From the NCBI GenBank assembly GCA_965203535.1, contig OZ241897.1, positions 2,828,714-2,892,713 on the forward strand: a DNA stretch of 64,000 nucleotides, written 5' to 3'. Both the position numbers and the translations under genes were made by a program. Origin of the DNA: Acidobacteriota bacterium. GTDB taxonomy: Bacteria > Acidobacteriota > UBA6911 > RPQK01 > JAJDTT01. Positions 30,667 through 40,031 of this stretch are shown one piece after another. Numbering within the stretch: position 1 is the stretch's first letter; each line of letters begins with the position of its first letter. The notes beneath the pieces are model-generated. The model made no database searches, was not told where the DNA came from, and worked only from the letters and a program-made list of their open reading frames with translations.

Positions 30667-31256
30667 GCCGCTTCTTGAAATGCGTCTCTTCGCTTGAAAC
30701 CCTCTTCGGCCTGACCCTCGACCAAGTGCAACGAAACCGAGTCCGGACCTATCTCCGTTTGCTGGCCAAATGGAACTCGCGGGTGAATCTGACTCGCCTG
30801 GCTCGAACGGATGACAGGCTGCGGTTTCATTTCTTCGAGTCGTTCTGGCTGGCACAGCGGTTCCTGGAGCCGTGCCACTCCGTAGTGGACGTCGGCAGCG
30901 GAGCGGGGTTCCCGGGACTGGCCATGCAGCTCTATTACCCCAGCCTCTCCCTGACTCTCATCGAAAAGAACTTCAAGAAGACCGTCTTTCTGAAGGAGGT
31001 CACCCGTACTCTTTCCCTTCGGGCCCGGGTCGTTCACGGAGAGGCCGAAACCGACGCCGACTGGGAGGCCGTGCAACTGGTCACGGTGCGCGGCCTCAAG
31101 CCGTCACCCCGGTTGACCGAAGTCTTGGACCACCGCGGCATTCCGTTACTGGCGCTTCATGGCGAGAAGCTGGGAGAAACCCTGAAGGAACGCCGATGTG
31201 TTCGCCGCGAACGGGTTCCGGGCTCGCAACGCCGCTTTGCGACGCTGTTCGGCTAG
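30663..31256 (+). CDS. rsmG: 16S rRNA (guanine527-N7)-methyltransferase RsmG (GidB)
   Basis: 197 aa. SAM motif [17 protein letters not shown] overlap with the mnmG stop. Confidence 0.85.
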   Translation: MSRFLKCVSSLETLFGLTLDQVQRNRVRTYLRLLAKWNSRVNLTRLARTDDRLRFHFFESFWLAQRFLEPCHSVVDVGSGAGFPGLAMQLYYPSLSLTLIEKNFKKTVFLKEVTRTLSLRARVVHGEAETDADWEAVQLVTVRGLKPSPRLTEVLDHRGIPLLALHGEKLGETLKERRCVRRERVPGSQRRFATLFG

Positions 31257-31266
31257 GAATCCGCCG

Positions 31267-31432
31267 ATAACAGCCCGTGGTGAAAGTCGTCACGGCATTC
31301 GACCGGCCCTGCATCCCGGCGGACTGCGTTGCTACGGGCGCACATACTCCCGGTATGCTCCCTCATCGCGCCTTGTCCGGCGGGCGCAGGAACGGTCTCG
31401 GTGCTCGCGCGACTTTCACCACGGGCTGTTAT
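31267..31432. repeat. Foldback intergenic repeat, full copy B (best preserved)
   Basis: Perfect 23-bp terminal inverted repeats ATAACAGCCCGTGGTGAAAGTCG ... CGACTTTCACCACGGGCTGTTAT. The interior arms are also largely self-complementary. Inverted relative to copy A. Confidence 0.8.
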
Positions 31433-31439
31433 GCGAGCG

Positions 31440-31455
31440 TGTTTCACGTGAAACA
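31440..31455. promoter_or_regulatory. parS: parS centromere-like site
   Basis: TGTTTCACGTGAAACA is a perfect 16-bp palindrome identical to the canonical parS consensus. It lies 125 nt upstream of parA. Confidence 0.85.
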
Positions 31456-31580
31456 ATGCGACGCCGCAGGTTCAATATTGACCGGGCCGCCGCTTGTCCG
31501 CCGCAATGGGATGCGCGAACGACGCGCTCTCCGGATCTTTCACCGCCTGCTGTTACTATGCCGACACCCGGAACCGGAAA

Positions 31581-32381
31581 ATGACAAGAACCATTGCCAT
31601 TGCCAACCAGAAAGGTGGTGTCGGCAAGACCACGACTGCGATCAACCTGGCAGCCTCGCTCGCTCTCGCCGAGTGGCGGGTCCTCCTGGTTGACCTGGAC
31701 CCCCAGGGAAACGCCACGTCGGGATTGGGAATCGACAAGAACGAAAACGGCCTCTTTGTCTATGACGTCCTCGCGGGCGGCGTGGACCCGCTTTCCGCCC
31801 TGAGGCGGACCGAGGTGGAGAACCTGCACCTCCTGCCGGCCAATCGATCTCTCGTCGGCGCCACGGTGGAGTTGCTCGAAGCGCATGACCGGGAACGGCT
31901 GCTCGGCCGCGCTCTGAAGCCGATTCGCGACAAGTACGACTTCGTCCTGATCGACTGCCCACCGTCGCTGGGCATTCTCACCCTGAACGGACTGGTGGCT
32001 GCCGACACGGTCCTCATTCCGGTCCAGGCCGAATACCTGGCGCTGGAGGGATTGACGGATCTCATGGAGACCATCCGGCTGATCCGGGAAGGTCCCAACC
32101 CGGGTCTGGTGCTGGAGGGGATTCTCCTGACCATGTACGACAAGCGCCTCATCCTCTCCTCCCAGATTCGCGACGATGTCTGCTCCCACCTGGGGTCCTG
32201 GGTTTTCGACACCTTCATCCCCCGCAACGTGCGGCTGGCCGAATGCGCCAGCTTCGGTCAGCCCATCCATTTGTATGACGCCCGTTGCAAAGGGGCCGCC
32301 AGCTACCAGAGTCTCGCCCGCGAATTGCTCGGACGTTGCAACCTGGGGTTGGCCCCGGTATCGCGTGAGGTGAACGGATGA
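31581..32381 (+). CDS. parA: Chromosome partitioning ATPase ParA (Soj)
   Basis: Start at internal Met [24 protein letters not shown] (deviant Walker A). Confidence 0.9.
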   Translation: MTRTIAIANQKGGVGKTTTAINLAASLALAEWRVLLVDLDPQGNATSGLGIDKNENGLFVYDVLAGGVDPLSALRRTEVENLHLLPANRSLVGATVELLEAHDRERLLGRALKPIRDKYDFVLIDCPPSLGILTLNGLVAADTVLIPVQAEYLALEGLTDLMETIRLIREGPNPGLVLEGILLTMYDKRLILSSQIRDDVCSHLGSWVFDTFIPRNVRLAECASFGQPIHLYDARCKGAASYQSLARELLGRCNLGLAPVSREVNG

Positions 32382-33202
32382 AGCGAAGAGCTCTCGGACG
32401 GGGCTTGGGCGCCCTGCTGCCCAGTCCCGAAACCGCCTCCTTTTTCCTTCAGATCGAACTGGACCGGATCCGGCCGAATCCTTTTCAGCCCAGAATCCGC
32501 ATGGACAGCGCCCGGCTCCAGGAACTCGCCGATTCGATCACGGAAAACGGCGTCCTCCAACCCATCGTCGTCCGGTCCCGGCCCGAGGGCTACGAAATCG
32601 TTGCCGGCGAACGCCGCTGGAAGGCGGCTCAACAGGCCGGTCTTTCTCGGATTCCCGCCGTCGTTCAGGACCTTTCCGACGAAAGAATGGTGGAAGTCGC
32701 CGTCGTCGAGAATATCCAGCGCGACGAATTGAGCCCCATCGAGGAAGCGCACGCGTACCACATCCTGATCCAGGACTTTCGACTCACCCAGGAGCAGGTG
32801 TCTCAACGCGTCGGCCGCAGCCGCGCGGCCGTCGCCAACACTCTTCGGCTGCTGCGGCTTCCCAAAGCCGTGCAGGAATCCCTCTTGGACGGCAAGATCA
32901 GCATGGGGCACGCACGGGCGCTGATTCCCTTGACTCAGGCACAGCAATTGAAGTTGGCCCGCCAAATCGTGTCGGCGGACCTCTCGGTCCGCCAGGTGGA
33001 GCGCCGCGTCCGGGCGCTGCGCCTCGGTCCATCCTCGCGGCCGTCCACCGTTGACCCCAACGTCAAGGCCGCACAGCAGAGGCTGCAACGACGTTGGAAG
33101 ACGAGAGTTCAGATCCGCACCCGGGGCTCAAAGGGCCGAATCGTCTTCCACTTCAATTCCAATGAGGAATTGGATCGACTGTACGAGAACCTCATGATGT
33201 AG
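32378..33202 (+). CDS. parB: Chromosome partitioning protein ParB (Spo0J)
   Basis: 274 aa. The GERRWKAA (ParB box) motif, an HTH region, and ATGA overlap with parA. Confidence 0.9.
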   Translation: MKRRALGRGLGALLPSPETASFFLQIELDRIRPNPFQPRIRMDSARLQELADSITENGVLQPIVVRSRPEGYEIVAGERRWKAAQQAGLSRIPAVVQDLSDERMVEVAVVENIQRDELSPIEEAHAYHILIQDFRLTQEQVSQRVGRSRAAVANTLRLLRLPKAVQESLLDGKISMGHARALIPLTQAQQLKLARQIVSADLSVRQVERRVRALRLGPSSRPSTVDPNVKAAQQRLQRRWKTRVQIRTRGSKGRIVFHFNSNEELDRLYENLMM

Positions 33203-33222
33203 GGGCACCCCTTGTCGCCCCT
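33199..33222. repeat. GTAGGGGC-type hairpin motif, third copy in window
   Basis: GTAGGGGCACCCCTTGTCGCCCCT resembles the two hairpins inside the element at 41326..41521. Its TAG is the parB stop codon. Confidence 0.5.
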
Positions 33223-33286
33223 GCGAACCGGGAGGGCAATCGCTCTACCCTTCGGAGTTCGCGGGACTTTCGCCACGCACTTCCAG

Positions 33287-34714
33287 CTATTTCCCGATGC
33301 AGAACGTGCTGAAAATCTGTCCCAGCAGGTCTTCCACCGTCGTCTCGCCCGTCACCGCGTCCAGCTCGGACAAGGCTCCCCGCAGGTGATACAAGGGGAA
33401 TTCTTCGCTCAGACCGTCCCGATAGCCTTTCATTCCCTCGCCGAGCCGCTGCCGCGCGCGCTGCAGACATTCCTTGTGCCGCAGGTCGGTGATCACGACG
33501 CGTTCCCGCTCCCAGTCGCTGTCGGGCGCGATGGCCTCCCGGATGGCCCGCCGGAGGGCGCCCACCCCCTGACCGGTCAAGGCTGAAACGTCGGACCTGC
33601 TTCGAGCGCCCGACACCAACTCTGAAGGAATTCGAAGCACGGCCTCCAGGTCCACCTTGTTCACCACCAGCAGATAGGGCCTGTCCTTGAGCTCCTTCCG
33701 GATTCTGGCGTCCTCCGCGGAAAAATCCCTGCTGCGATCGACCACGAACAACGTCAAGTCCGACGCCCCGACGTAGTCCAGTGATTTTCGGACACCGAGC
33801 CGCTCCACCGGACTTCGCGCTCTCCGGATTCCTGCCGTATCCACCAACTGCATCGGGATGCCCTCCAGATCCACGGCCTGGTCGATGGCGTCTCTGGTGG
33901 TCCCGGCGACAGGGCTCACGATAGCTCGTTCGGTTCTACATAACGCATTGAAAATACTGGACTTACCTGCATTTGGACGGCCGACGATAGTGGCCGTGAA
34001 TCCATCCCGCAGGACCCGCCCCACGCGAAAGGAGTCTTCCAGATCCCCGATGCGTCCGGCGATCCTCCGCAAGTTCCGAAGCAACCTGTCCCGGCTGTCG
34101 GGTTCCACGGGATCTTCGACGAATTCCAACCCCGTTTCCATGTGTGAGATGACCCGCACCAGGCGCCCCTTCACCGACCGGAGCACCCGGGACAACTTGC
34201 CGTCCAATTGCTCCCGTGCGATGCGCGCCTGGTGCGCGGTCTGGCTTCGGACCAGGTCGCGGACCGCCTCCGCCTGGACCAGGTCCATCTTCCCGTTGAG
34301 AAACGCCCGTAGCGTAAACTCTCCCGGTTCAGCCAGACGGGCGCCCGCTTCCAGGAGGCCATCCACGATCTGCGCCTCCACCGCGGGGCTTCCATGGCAG
34401 GAAATCTCCACGACGTCCTCCCCGGTGTACGAGGCCGGAGCCGCGAAAAACGTCAACAGGACCCGGTCGATGCGATTCCCGTTGCGGTCCAGAAAGTCCG
34501 TCAATGATGAAAGGCGGGGTTTCCAAAGCCGGCGGTGGGAGGGGGGAAGCCGCTGGTGCACGAGACACCGGCTGGAAGGACCGCTGACGCGAATCACCTT
34601 GATGGCGCCGCGCCCCGGGGGTGTGGCGACCGCAACTATGGTATCGCTGTACGGGTCGGTGGCGTCAGGGGGTTGCGTGGATGATGACGCGCCGATTGGA
34701 TCCCGTGCCTTCAC
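33287..34714 (-). CDS. mnmE: tRNA modification GTPase MnmE (TrmE)
   Basis: 475 aa. DTIVAVATPPGRGAI N-terminus, G-domain GRPNAGKSS / DTAG / NKVD, C-terminal CIGK. The listed start overlaps jag by 50 nt, so the start is uncertain. Confidence 0.9.
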   Translation of the reverse strand: MKARDPIGASSSTQPPDATDPYSDTIVAVATPPGRGAIKVIRVSGPSSRCLVHQRLPPSHRRLWKPRLSSLTDFLDRNGNRIDRVLLTFFAAPASYTGEDVVEISCHGSPAVEAQIVDGLLEAGARLAEPGEFTLRAFLNGKMDLVQAEAVRDLVRSQTAHQARIAREQLDGKLSRVLRSVKGRLVRVISHMETGLEFVEDPVEPDSRDRLLRNLRRIAGRIGDLEDSFRVGRVLRDGFTATIVGRPNAGKSSIFNALCRTERAIVSPVAGTTRDAIDQAVDLEGIPMQLVDTAGIRRARSPVERLGVRKSLDYVGASDLTLFVVDRSRDFSAEDARIRKELKDRPYLLVVNKVDLEAVLRIPSELVSGARSRSDVSALTGQGVGALRRAIREAIAPDSDWERERVVITDLRHKECLQRARQRLGEGMKGYRDGLSEEFPLYHLRGALSELDAVTGETTVEDLLGQIFSTFCIGK

Positions 34715-35243
34715 TTTCAGTCCGAACTCCGGGCTCGTCGGCCAAGCTCAAATGAATGATTCTCCGCTCGGCCGCCGGCAGAGACTGGAACACGAACTCC
34801 CGGCCAGTGAGCCGCACCTGCTCCGCGGCCGTTCCCGCCAGCAGCCGCAACTCCCCGTCCCGATCCCTGCGGTAACCATTGCAATCGACCCAGAAGTTGC
34901 AGCCTGTCAAAGATTTACGGTAGTAGATCTGGTTGAGCAGGTGATTCACCGCGTAGAGAAAACGGGCGTTGTTGGCAAGGACCACTTCACTGTCGTGTCC
35001 GCTGAGGCGGAAACTGATCAGGTCGTCATCGAGACTTGATTCGAAGGAGAGTTCCAGGTCCAGCCTCTCCAACAAGTTCTTGAGAAACATCTCCGAACTG
35101 GCCAGGATCTCGCCATTGTCAATCTTTGGCTGAGCCTTCCACGGCCGTCCCGACCCTCGACGCCCTCGAGGACGGCGCCAGCGCTCCCGGCGCCGCCCGG
35201 ACCGGCCTCCGGACGGAGGTCTCCAGGGCCGGGACTCCATCAT
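34665..35243 (-). CDS. jag: Jag/KhpB-like RNA-binding protein (KH + R3H)
   Basis: 192 aa. R3H region ERRIIHLSLADEPGVRTESEG. Sits downstream of yidC. Arg-rich N-terminus instead of a recognisable Jag_N domain. Confidence 0.7.
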   Translation of the reverse strand: MMESRPWRPPSGGRSGRRRERWRRPRGRRGSGRPWKAQPKIDNGEILASSEMFLKNLLERLDLELSFESSLDDDLISFRLSGHDSEVVLANNARFLYAVNHLLNQIYYRKSLTGCNFWVDCNGYRRDRDGELRLLAGTAAEQVRLTGREFVFQSLPAAERRIIHLSLADEPGVRTESEGTGSNRRVIIHATP

Positions 35244-35307
35244 TTCTTCCTGGTTTTCTTGGGGGAGGACTTACGCTTCGGGGCCAACTCAGGCTTCAAT
35301 CTCTGCA

Positions 35308-36957
35308 TCAAACCTGAAACATCATAGCAAAGAGGTTGCTGAACAGAAAGTAGACCACCAAGCCGCTGGAAAAGTTCAAGAACAAGAACGTGAGGACCAC
35401 CGGCAGCAGCATCATCATGCGCCTCTGCATCGGGTCCCCCGCCGCGGGCGTCATCTTTTGTTGCACAACCATGCTCGCCCCCATGAGGATAGGGGTGATG
35501 TAGTAGGGGTCGTGCCGGGAGAGATCCTGTATCCAGCCCATGAATGGCGCCGCCCGCAATTCGATGGAGGAATCCAGCATGCGGTAGAAGGCGATAAGGA
35601 AGGGCATCTGGATGACCAGCGGCAGACATCCGCCCAAAGGATTCACGCCATGCTTCTTGTACAACCCCATCATTTCGGAATTCATCTGCTGGCGCCTGGG
35701 GTCGGTCCGCTTCATCCGCTTGTACCGGTCCTGGATGGAGCGGACCTTGGGTTGAAGCTCGGCCATCTTCTTCATGGACACGATCTGCTTGTAGCGCAGG
35801 GGGAAGAGAGCCAGGTTGATGAGGAAGGTGAGAATGATGATGGCGACGCCGTAATTGCCCACATAGGCATAGCTCAGCTTCAGGCAATAGAGCAGGGGCC
35901 TCACCAGGAGGTCGAACCAGCCGTAGTCGACGATGCCGCTCAGAAAAGGGTCTGCAAGAACCAACTCTTCCTGGACCTTGGGCCCCAGAAACAGGGTGTA
36001 CCGGGCCGTGCCCCTGAATTCGGCTTCTCCCAGCACCAACGGCGTCTCGTCCGATTCGCCGCCCTCCGCCGCCGGCAAAGGGACCACCGACAGGCGCGCC
36101 GCGCGGATCTCGCCGGGCGCGATCGCCACGCAGGTGAAATACTTGCTGTCGACAGCCACCCAGCGAGCGGCCGTCTCGATCCGGTGGGCTCCCTCCGCCA
36201 GATCGGAAGCCTCGTACTTTTCCACCGAGCCTCCCGCGTAATAGGCAACGCCGGGCCACCAGAAATCCGTAGAAGTCCCTCCCTCCGGGTCCGCCGCTCC
36301 GAGGCCCGGCCCCAAAAGGACCGAATACGTTGCCGGTCTTCCGCCGAGCTCGACCCGGGTCCGGACCTCCAGCATATGACCCGCCTCGGGAATGCTGATC
36401 TCCTCTTCGACCAGAAGACCCTGGCTCCGGTAGCTGAACGCAATCCGGGCGGGCGCCTGCACCCTGCCGGCAGCCGCTCCGGCAACCTCGAACGGCGAGG
36501 TGGCGAGCTCCAGGTCCAACTCTTCATCGTCCAGACGCAGTTGCATGGATCTGGGAAGAGTCTCGGCGAGGTCCTGGACCAGCAGCTCCACCGGTTCGCC
36601 CGACTCATCCGTGTAACGTTTGAGCTGCACACTTTCCAGCCGGGCGCCGGTGCTGCTCCAGGTCAGAACCATGTCGTCGTTCTCGACCTGAATCTTGCGA
36701 TCCTGCCCCTGGGTCGGACTCAGGGGCTCGCTGCCCGGGGGGCTGTCCTGGGAAACGCTCTCTTGCGGCGGTTCGGGTTCGACCGGCCGCTCCTCGACTT
36801 CCTGCTCCTCAGCCGTTTCGACAGCGACCGGAGGCGGAGACGGCCCCAGCCGCTGGTAAAGAAAGGGAATCAGCAGCAGAACGGCCATGGAAAGAAGCAT
36901 CGCCATGAGGAGACGCTTCTCCATGTCCATCTGTTCCGGCCCCTGACCACCCTGCAT
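35308..36957 (-). CDS. yidC: Membrane protein insertase YidC
   Basis: 549 aa. N-terminal TM helix, a large periplasmic domain, and a conserved C-terminal 60-kDa IMP core (GCLPLVIQMPFLIAFY). The start may be the Met at 36930. Confidence 0.9.
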   Translation of the reverse strand: MQGGQGPEQMDMEKRLLMAMLLSMAVLLLIPFLYQRLGPSPPPVAVETAEEQEVEERPVEPEPPQESVSQDSPPGSEPLSPTQGQDRKIQVENDDMVLTWSSTGARLESVQLKRYTDESGEPVELLVQDLAETLPRSMQLRLDDEELDLELATSPFEVAGAAAGRVQAPARIAFSYRSQGLLVEEEISIPEAGHMLEVRTRVELGGRPATYSVLLGPGLGAADPEGGTSTDFWWPGVAYYAGGSVEKYEASDLAEGAHRIETAARWVAVDSKYFTCVAIAPGEIRAARLSVVPLPAAEGGESDETPLVLGEAEFRGTARYTLFLGPKVQEELVLADPFLSGIVDYGWFDLLVRPLLYCLKLSYAYVGNYGVAIIILTFLINLALFPLRYKQIVSMKKMAELQPKVRSIQDRYKRMKRTDPRRQQMNSEMMGLYKKHGVNPLGGCLPLVIQMPFLIAFYRMLDSSIELRAAPFMGWIQDLSRHDPYYITPILMGASMVVQQKMTPAAGDPMQRRMMMLLPVVLTFLFLNFSSGLVVYFLFSNLFAMMFQV

Positions 36958-37000
36958 CGTCTACACCAATCCACGAATCGCGCCGTTCGCGACCAGACTT

Positions 37001-37210
37001 CTACGGAACCGGGTCGAATCCCCCGGCGTGCCAGGGGTGACAACACGCCACTCGCCTGAGCCCCAGCAGGATCCCCTTGAGCACTCCCTTTTTCTGAATC
37101 GCCTGGCGCATGTACTCCGAACAGGAGGGGTGAAACCGACAGGACGGGGGCAACAGAGGAGACACGAATTTCTGATACAAGCGCAGACACCCGACCAGAA
37201 ACCGCTTCAC
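37001..37210 (-). CDS. yidD: Membrane protein insertion efficiency factor YidD
   Basis: 69 aa. YQKFVSPLLPPSCRFHPSCSEY signature. Confidence 0.9.
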   Translation of the reverse strand: MKRFLVGCLRLYQKFVSPLLPPSCRFHPSCSEYMRQAIQKKGVLKGILLGLRRVACCHPWHAGGFDPVP

Positions 37211-37566
37211 CGCCTCTGCTTCCTTCTCTTCCAGCGTGAAACCACTCGAAGAAACTCTCCCTGGAGTTCCTGGAACGTTGCTGCCGCGGCGCGGCGCCGA
37301 ACGTTGACCACTACATCGGAGCAGGGAAGAATTCCCCGTTTGTTCCTGCGGAAACTTTCCCGCAGGCGCCGCCGGATGCGGTTTCGCACCACCGGCCGGC
37401 CCACTTTCCGCGACGCGGCGATCCCCAGCCGGCTGAATTGCCGCCCGTTCTCCCGGAAGTAGAGGACGAAGCAGGGCGCGAAGACCCTGTACCCTTCCCG
37501 GTAAACGGCGAGATATTCTTTCCGCGTGTGCAGGCGCTCTTCCCAGGAGAAACCGAACTGTTTCAC
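37207..37566 (-). CDS. rnpA: Ribonuclease P protein component
   Basis: 119 aa basic protein with the RNR-type motif [12 protein letters not shown]. Lies between rpmH and yidD. Confidence 0.85.
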   Translation of the reverse strand: MKQFGFSWEERLHTRKEYLAVYREGYRVFAPCFVLYFRENGRQFSRLGIAASRKVGRPVVRNRIRRRLRESFRRNKRGILPCSDVVVNVRRRAAAATFQELQGEFLRVVSRWKRRKQRR

Positions 37567-37703
37567 CCGCTCACCGAAAGCAGCGTCCGCTTCTTGGCTC
37601 GCCTCCGCCTCAGAATCGCCCGGCCCGCCGGCGAAGCCATGCGCGCCCGGAACCCATGATTCTTCTTGCGACGGCGATTATTCGGTTGAAAGGTTCGCTT
37701 CAT
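37563..37703 (-). CDS. rpmH: 50S ribosomal protein L34
   Basis: Internal Met [22 protein letters not shown]..., 46 aa. Confidence 0.9.
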   Translation of the reverse strand: MKRTFQPNNRRRKKNHGFRARMASPAGRAILRRRRAKKRTLLSVSG

Positions 37704-37780
37704 CTCCGTCTCCGCCCGTATTGAAAGGAACCAGATGCTATCAATTCCGGGCTTCCGGTTCAACTCGCGCCACAGCGCGG

Positions 37781-38644
37781 TTACATGCCCTTCCTCTCAT
37801 GCGTCGCATCCCTGGGGTAACAACCCAGCACGTTCAGGAACTCCGTCAATTCACCGAGGTGGCTCAACGCGTTGCGCACCCGCGTCTCACCGGTGTTCCC
37901 GAGAAAGTCGAGGTAAAACAGGTACTCCCAGGGACGCCCGTGGATGGGGCGCGACTCGATCTTGGTGAGGTCGATGTCCCTCAGCGCGAAGACGCTGAGA
38001 CATTTGAAGAGCGCCCCTGCGGCATTCTTGAAGCTGAAGACGATGGAGGTCTTGTCCGCGGCTTCGGACACCGAGGATCTGCTCGAGAGCAGAACGAAAC
38101 GGGTGAAGTTCTCCTCGCTGTCCTCGATCCGCTCCATCAGCACTTTCGCGCCATAAAACCGTGCGGCGTTCCTGCTGGCGATGGCGGCATGGTCCCGGAG
38201 GCCTCCTTCCACGATCTCCTTGACGCTTCCGGAAGTGTCATAGCCGGTTTCCCGGACCAGGTGCGGATGCCGTTCGAAGAACCGCTCACACTGATCCAGC
38301 GCCACCGGATGGGAGCGGACCGTTTTCACGTCGTCGAAGCGGCCTCCGGCCAGCACGATCAGGCTGTGCTCTACGGGCAGATTGGTCTCCTGCCGGATTC
38401 TCAGGCCATGGCGGACCAGAAGATCGTAGTTCCGGTGAATCGATCCCGCCAGAGAATTCTCGATGGGAATGACGCAACAGCCACATTCTCCCCCGGCCGT
38501 ACGCTGAAAGACTTCGTCAAACGTCCGGCAGCAGAGAAACTCCACCGGCGCCGGGACCATCTGCCTTGCCGCCTGCTCGCTGAACGATCCGCGTTCTCCC
38601 TGAATGGCGACTCGGGTCGCCTTTCCCTTGTCGTACCGATCCAC
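37781..38644 (-). CDS. pheA: Prephenate dehydratase (PDT + ACT domains, no chorismate mutase domain)
   Basis: [16 protein letters not shown]...[11 protein letters not shown]...TRF PDT motifs and a C-terminal ACT domain. The start must be downstream of the tRNA at 38702: GTG 38644 or TTG 38650. Confidence 0.8.
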   Translation of the reverse strand: MDRYDKGKATRVAIQGERGSFSEQAARQMVPAPVEFLCCRTFDEVFQRTAGGECGCCVIPIENSLAGSIHRNYDLLVRHGLRIRQETNLPVEHSLIVLAGGRFDDVKTVRSHPVALDQCERFFERHPHLVRETGYDTSGSVKEIVEGGLRDHAAIASRNAARFYGAKVLMERIEDSEENFTRFVLLSSRSSVSEAADKTSIVFSFKNAAGALFKCLSVFALRDIDLTKIESRPIHGRPWEYLFYLDFLGNTGETRVRNALSHLGELTEFLNVLGCYPRDATHERKGM

Positions 38645-38701
38645 GTCCAACCGGAACCTCCATTTCCGCTCTCGTCCAACCTCCAGGCCAGCGCCACCCG
38701 G

Positions 38702-38797
38702 CGGAGGCACATGGGAATCGAACCCACCGGCCCCGGATCTCGCCGCGGCCCGACTGATTTTGAAGACCAGGCCCGTCACCAGACGAGAAGTGCCTCC
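38702..38797 (-). tRNA. selC: tRNA-Sec (anticodon UCA)
   Basis: Hand-folded 96 nt: acceptor GGAGGCAC/GTGCCTCC (8 bp), D stem CTCGTC/GACGGG (6 bp) with loop TGGT, anticodon loop CTTCAAA, ~26-nt variable arm, T arm GTGGG-TTCGATT-CCCAT, discriminator G. CCA is not encoded. Confidence 0.85.
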
Positions 38798-38864
38798 GTG
38801 CCGTCATTCTAGCACTCAAGAGGCTCTTTTCCGGCTGAACGGCGGCTGCTACCATCACGCTGGA

Positions 38865-40031
38865 ATGACCAAGACGCGGGGACGGCGGCTCCCGGAGTCC
38901 GTACAATCTCTCTGCCGCAGCGCCGCGCGCTTGCGCGACCAGGTCAAGGGCCGGACCATCAGCTTTTCGCCCAAAGTCTTCCTCCCGCTGACCCGCCTCT
39001 GCCGCGACCGATGCGGCTACTGCGTCTTCCGGCAGGATCCCAATGACGAGACTCCGCCCTACATGACCCCGGACCAGGTTCTCGCCGTGGTTCGCCGGGG
39101 AGAAGAACTGGGCTGCCGCGAGGCCCTCTTCGTCCTGGGCGACCGCCCGGAGCAAAGCTACCCCGGGGCGCGCCTCTGGCTCCGTCAGCACGGATACGAC
39201 AGCACCATCGAGTATCTCTACGACATGTGCTCTCTGGTTCTGGAGGAGACCCGGCTCTTTCCCCACAGCAATCCCGGCATCCTCACCCGGCGCGAGTTGG
39301 CGTCCCTGAAACAGGTCAACGCGTCCATGGGCCTGATGCTGGAAAGCACGAGCCGCCGACTCAGCGAACCGGGAGGACCGCATCATCGGAATCCGACCAA
39401 GGACCCCCAACTTCGACTCCGAGTGCTGCGGGACGCGGGCGAGCTGAAGATCCCCTTCACAACCGGCCTCCTGGTCGGAATCGGAGAAACCGGCCAGGAA
39501 CGGATCGATTCCCTTCACCAACTCCGGCGTCTTCAGAGCCGGTACGGCCACCTGCAGGAATTCATCATCCAGAACTTTGTCCCCAAGCCGGGAACTCCCA
39601 TGGAGGCGGCGCCGGGCGCATCCGGCCGGGAGATGATGGAGACCATCTCGCACGCCCGTCTGATCCTGGGCGGCTCAGCCAACCTGCAGGCGCCCCCCAA
39701 TCTCTCGGGCCGCAACCTCCGGTATCTGGATTACCTGGATGCCGGAATCAACGATTGGGGCGGCATTTCTCCGCTGACCATCGATTTCGTGAATCCCGAG
39801 GCGCCCTGGCCTCGAATCGCCGCCCTGGCCCGTCAAACCGAATCGCGCGGTTTCCGGCTCAAGGCCCGCTTTCCCGTCTATCCCGAATACTTTCAGGGTC
39901 CTTCCTCATTCCTGCCCTCGACTCTCCACTCCCGCTTGCGGTCGGAAGCGGATCCGGACGGGTACTTCCCGGCCGGTTCCCTCCGGACGCATCCCCCTGT
40001 ATCAACCGGGGAGGCCGCCGGTGCCCACTGA
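38865..40031 (+). CDS. cofG: FO (7,8-didemethyl-8-hydroxy-5-deazariboflavin) synthase subunit CofG
   Basis: Internal Met MTKTRGRR... Radical-SAM CRDRCGYC motif. The sequence has typical CofG character (YMTPDQVL...GCREALF). The upstream part of ORF 38604..40031 overlaps the tRNA region. Confidence 0.85.
   Translation: MTKTRGRRLPESVQSLCRSAARLRDQVKGRTISFSPKVFLPLTRLCRDRCGYCVFRQDPNDETPPYMTPDQVLAVVRRGEELGCREALFVLGDRPEQSYPGARLWLRQHGYDSTIEYLYDMCSLVLEETRLFPHSNPGILTRRELASLKQVNASMGLMLESTSRRLSEPGGPHHRNPTKDPQLRLRVLRDAGELKIPFTTGLLVGIGETGQERIDSLHQLRRLQSRYGHLQEFIIQNFVPKPGTPMEAAPGASGREMMETISHARLILGGSANLQAPPNLSGRNLRYLDYLDAGINDWGGISPLTIDFVNPEAPWPRIAALARQTESRGFRLKARFPVYPEYFQGPSSFLPSTLHSRLRSEADPDGYFPAGSLRTHPPVSTGEAAGAH

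Noticed and set aside
38645-38779. N-terminal extension of the pheA ORF (MTGLVFKISRAAARSG...).
   Set aside because: It overlaps the tRNA-Sec gene at 38702..38797. The conserved prephenate dehydratase sequence begins only after GTG 38644.
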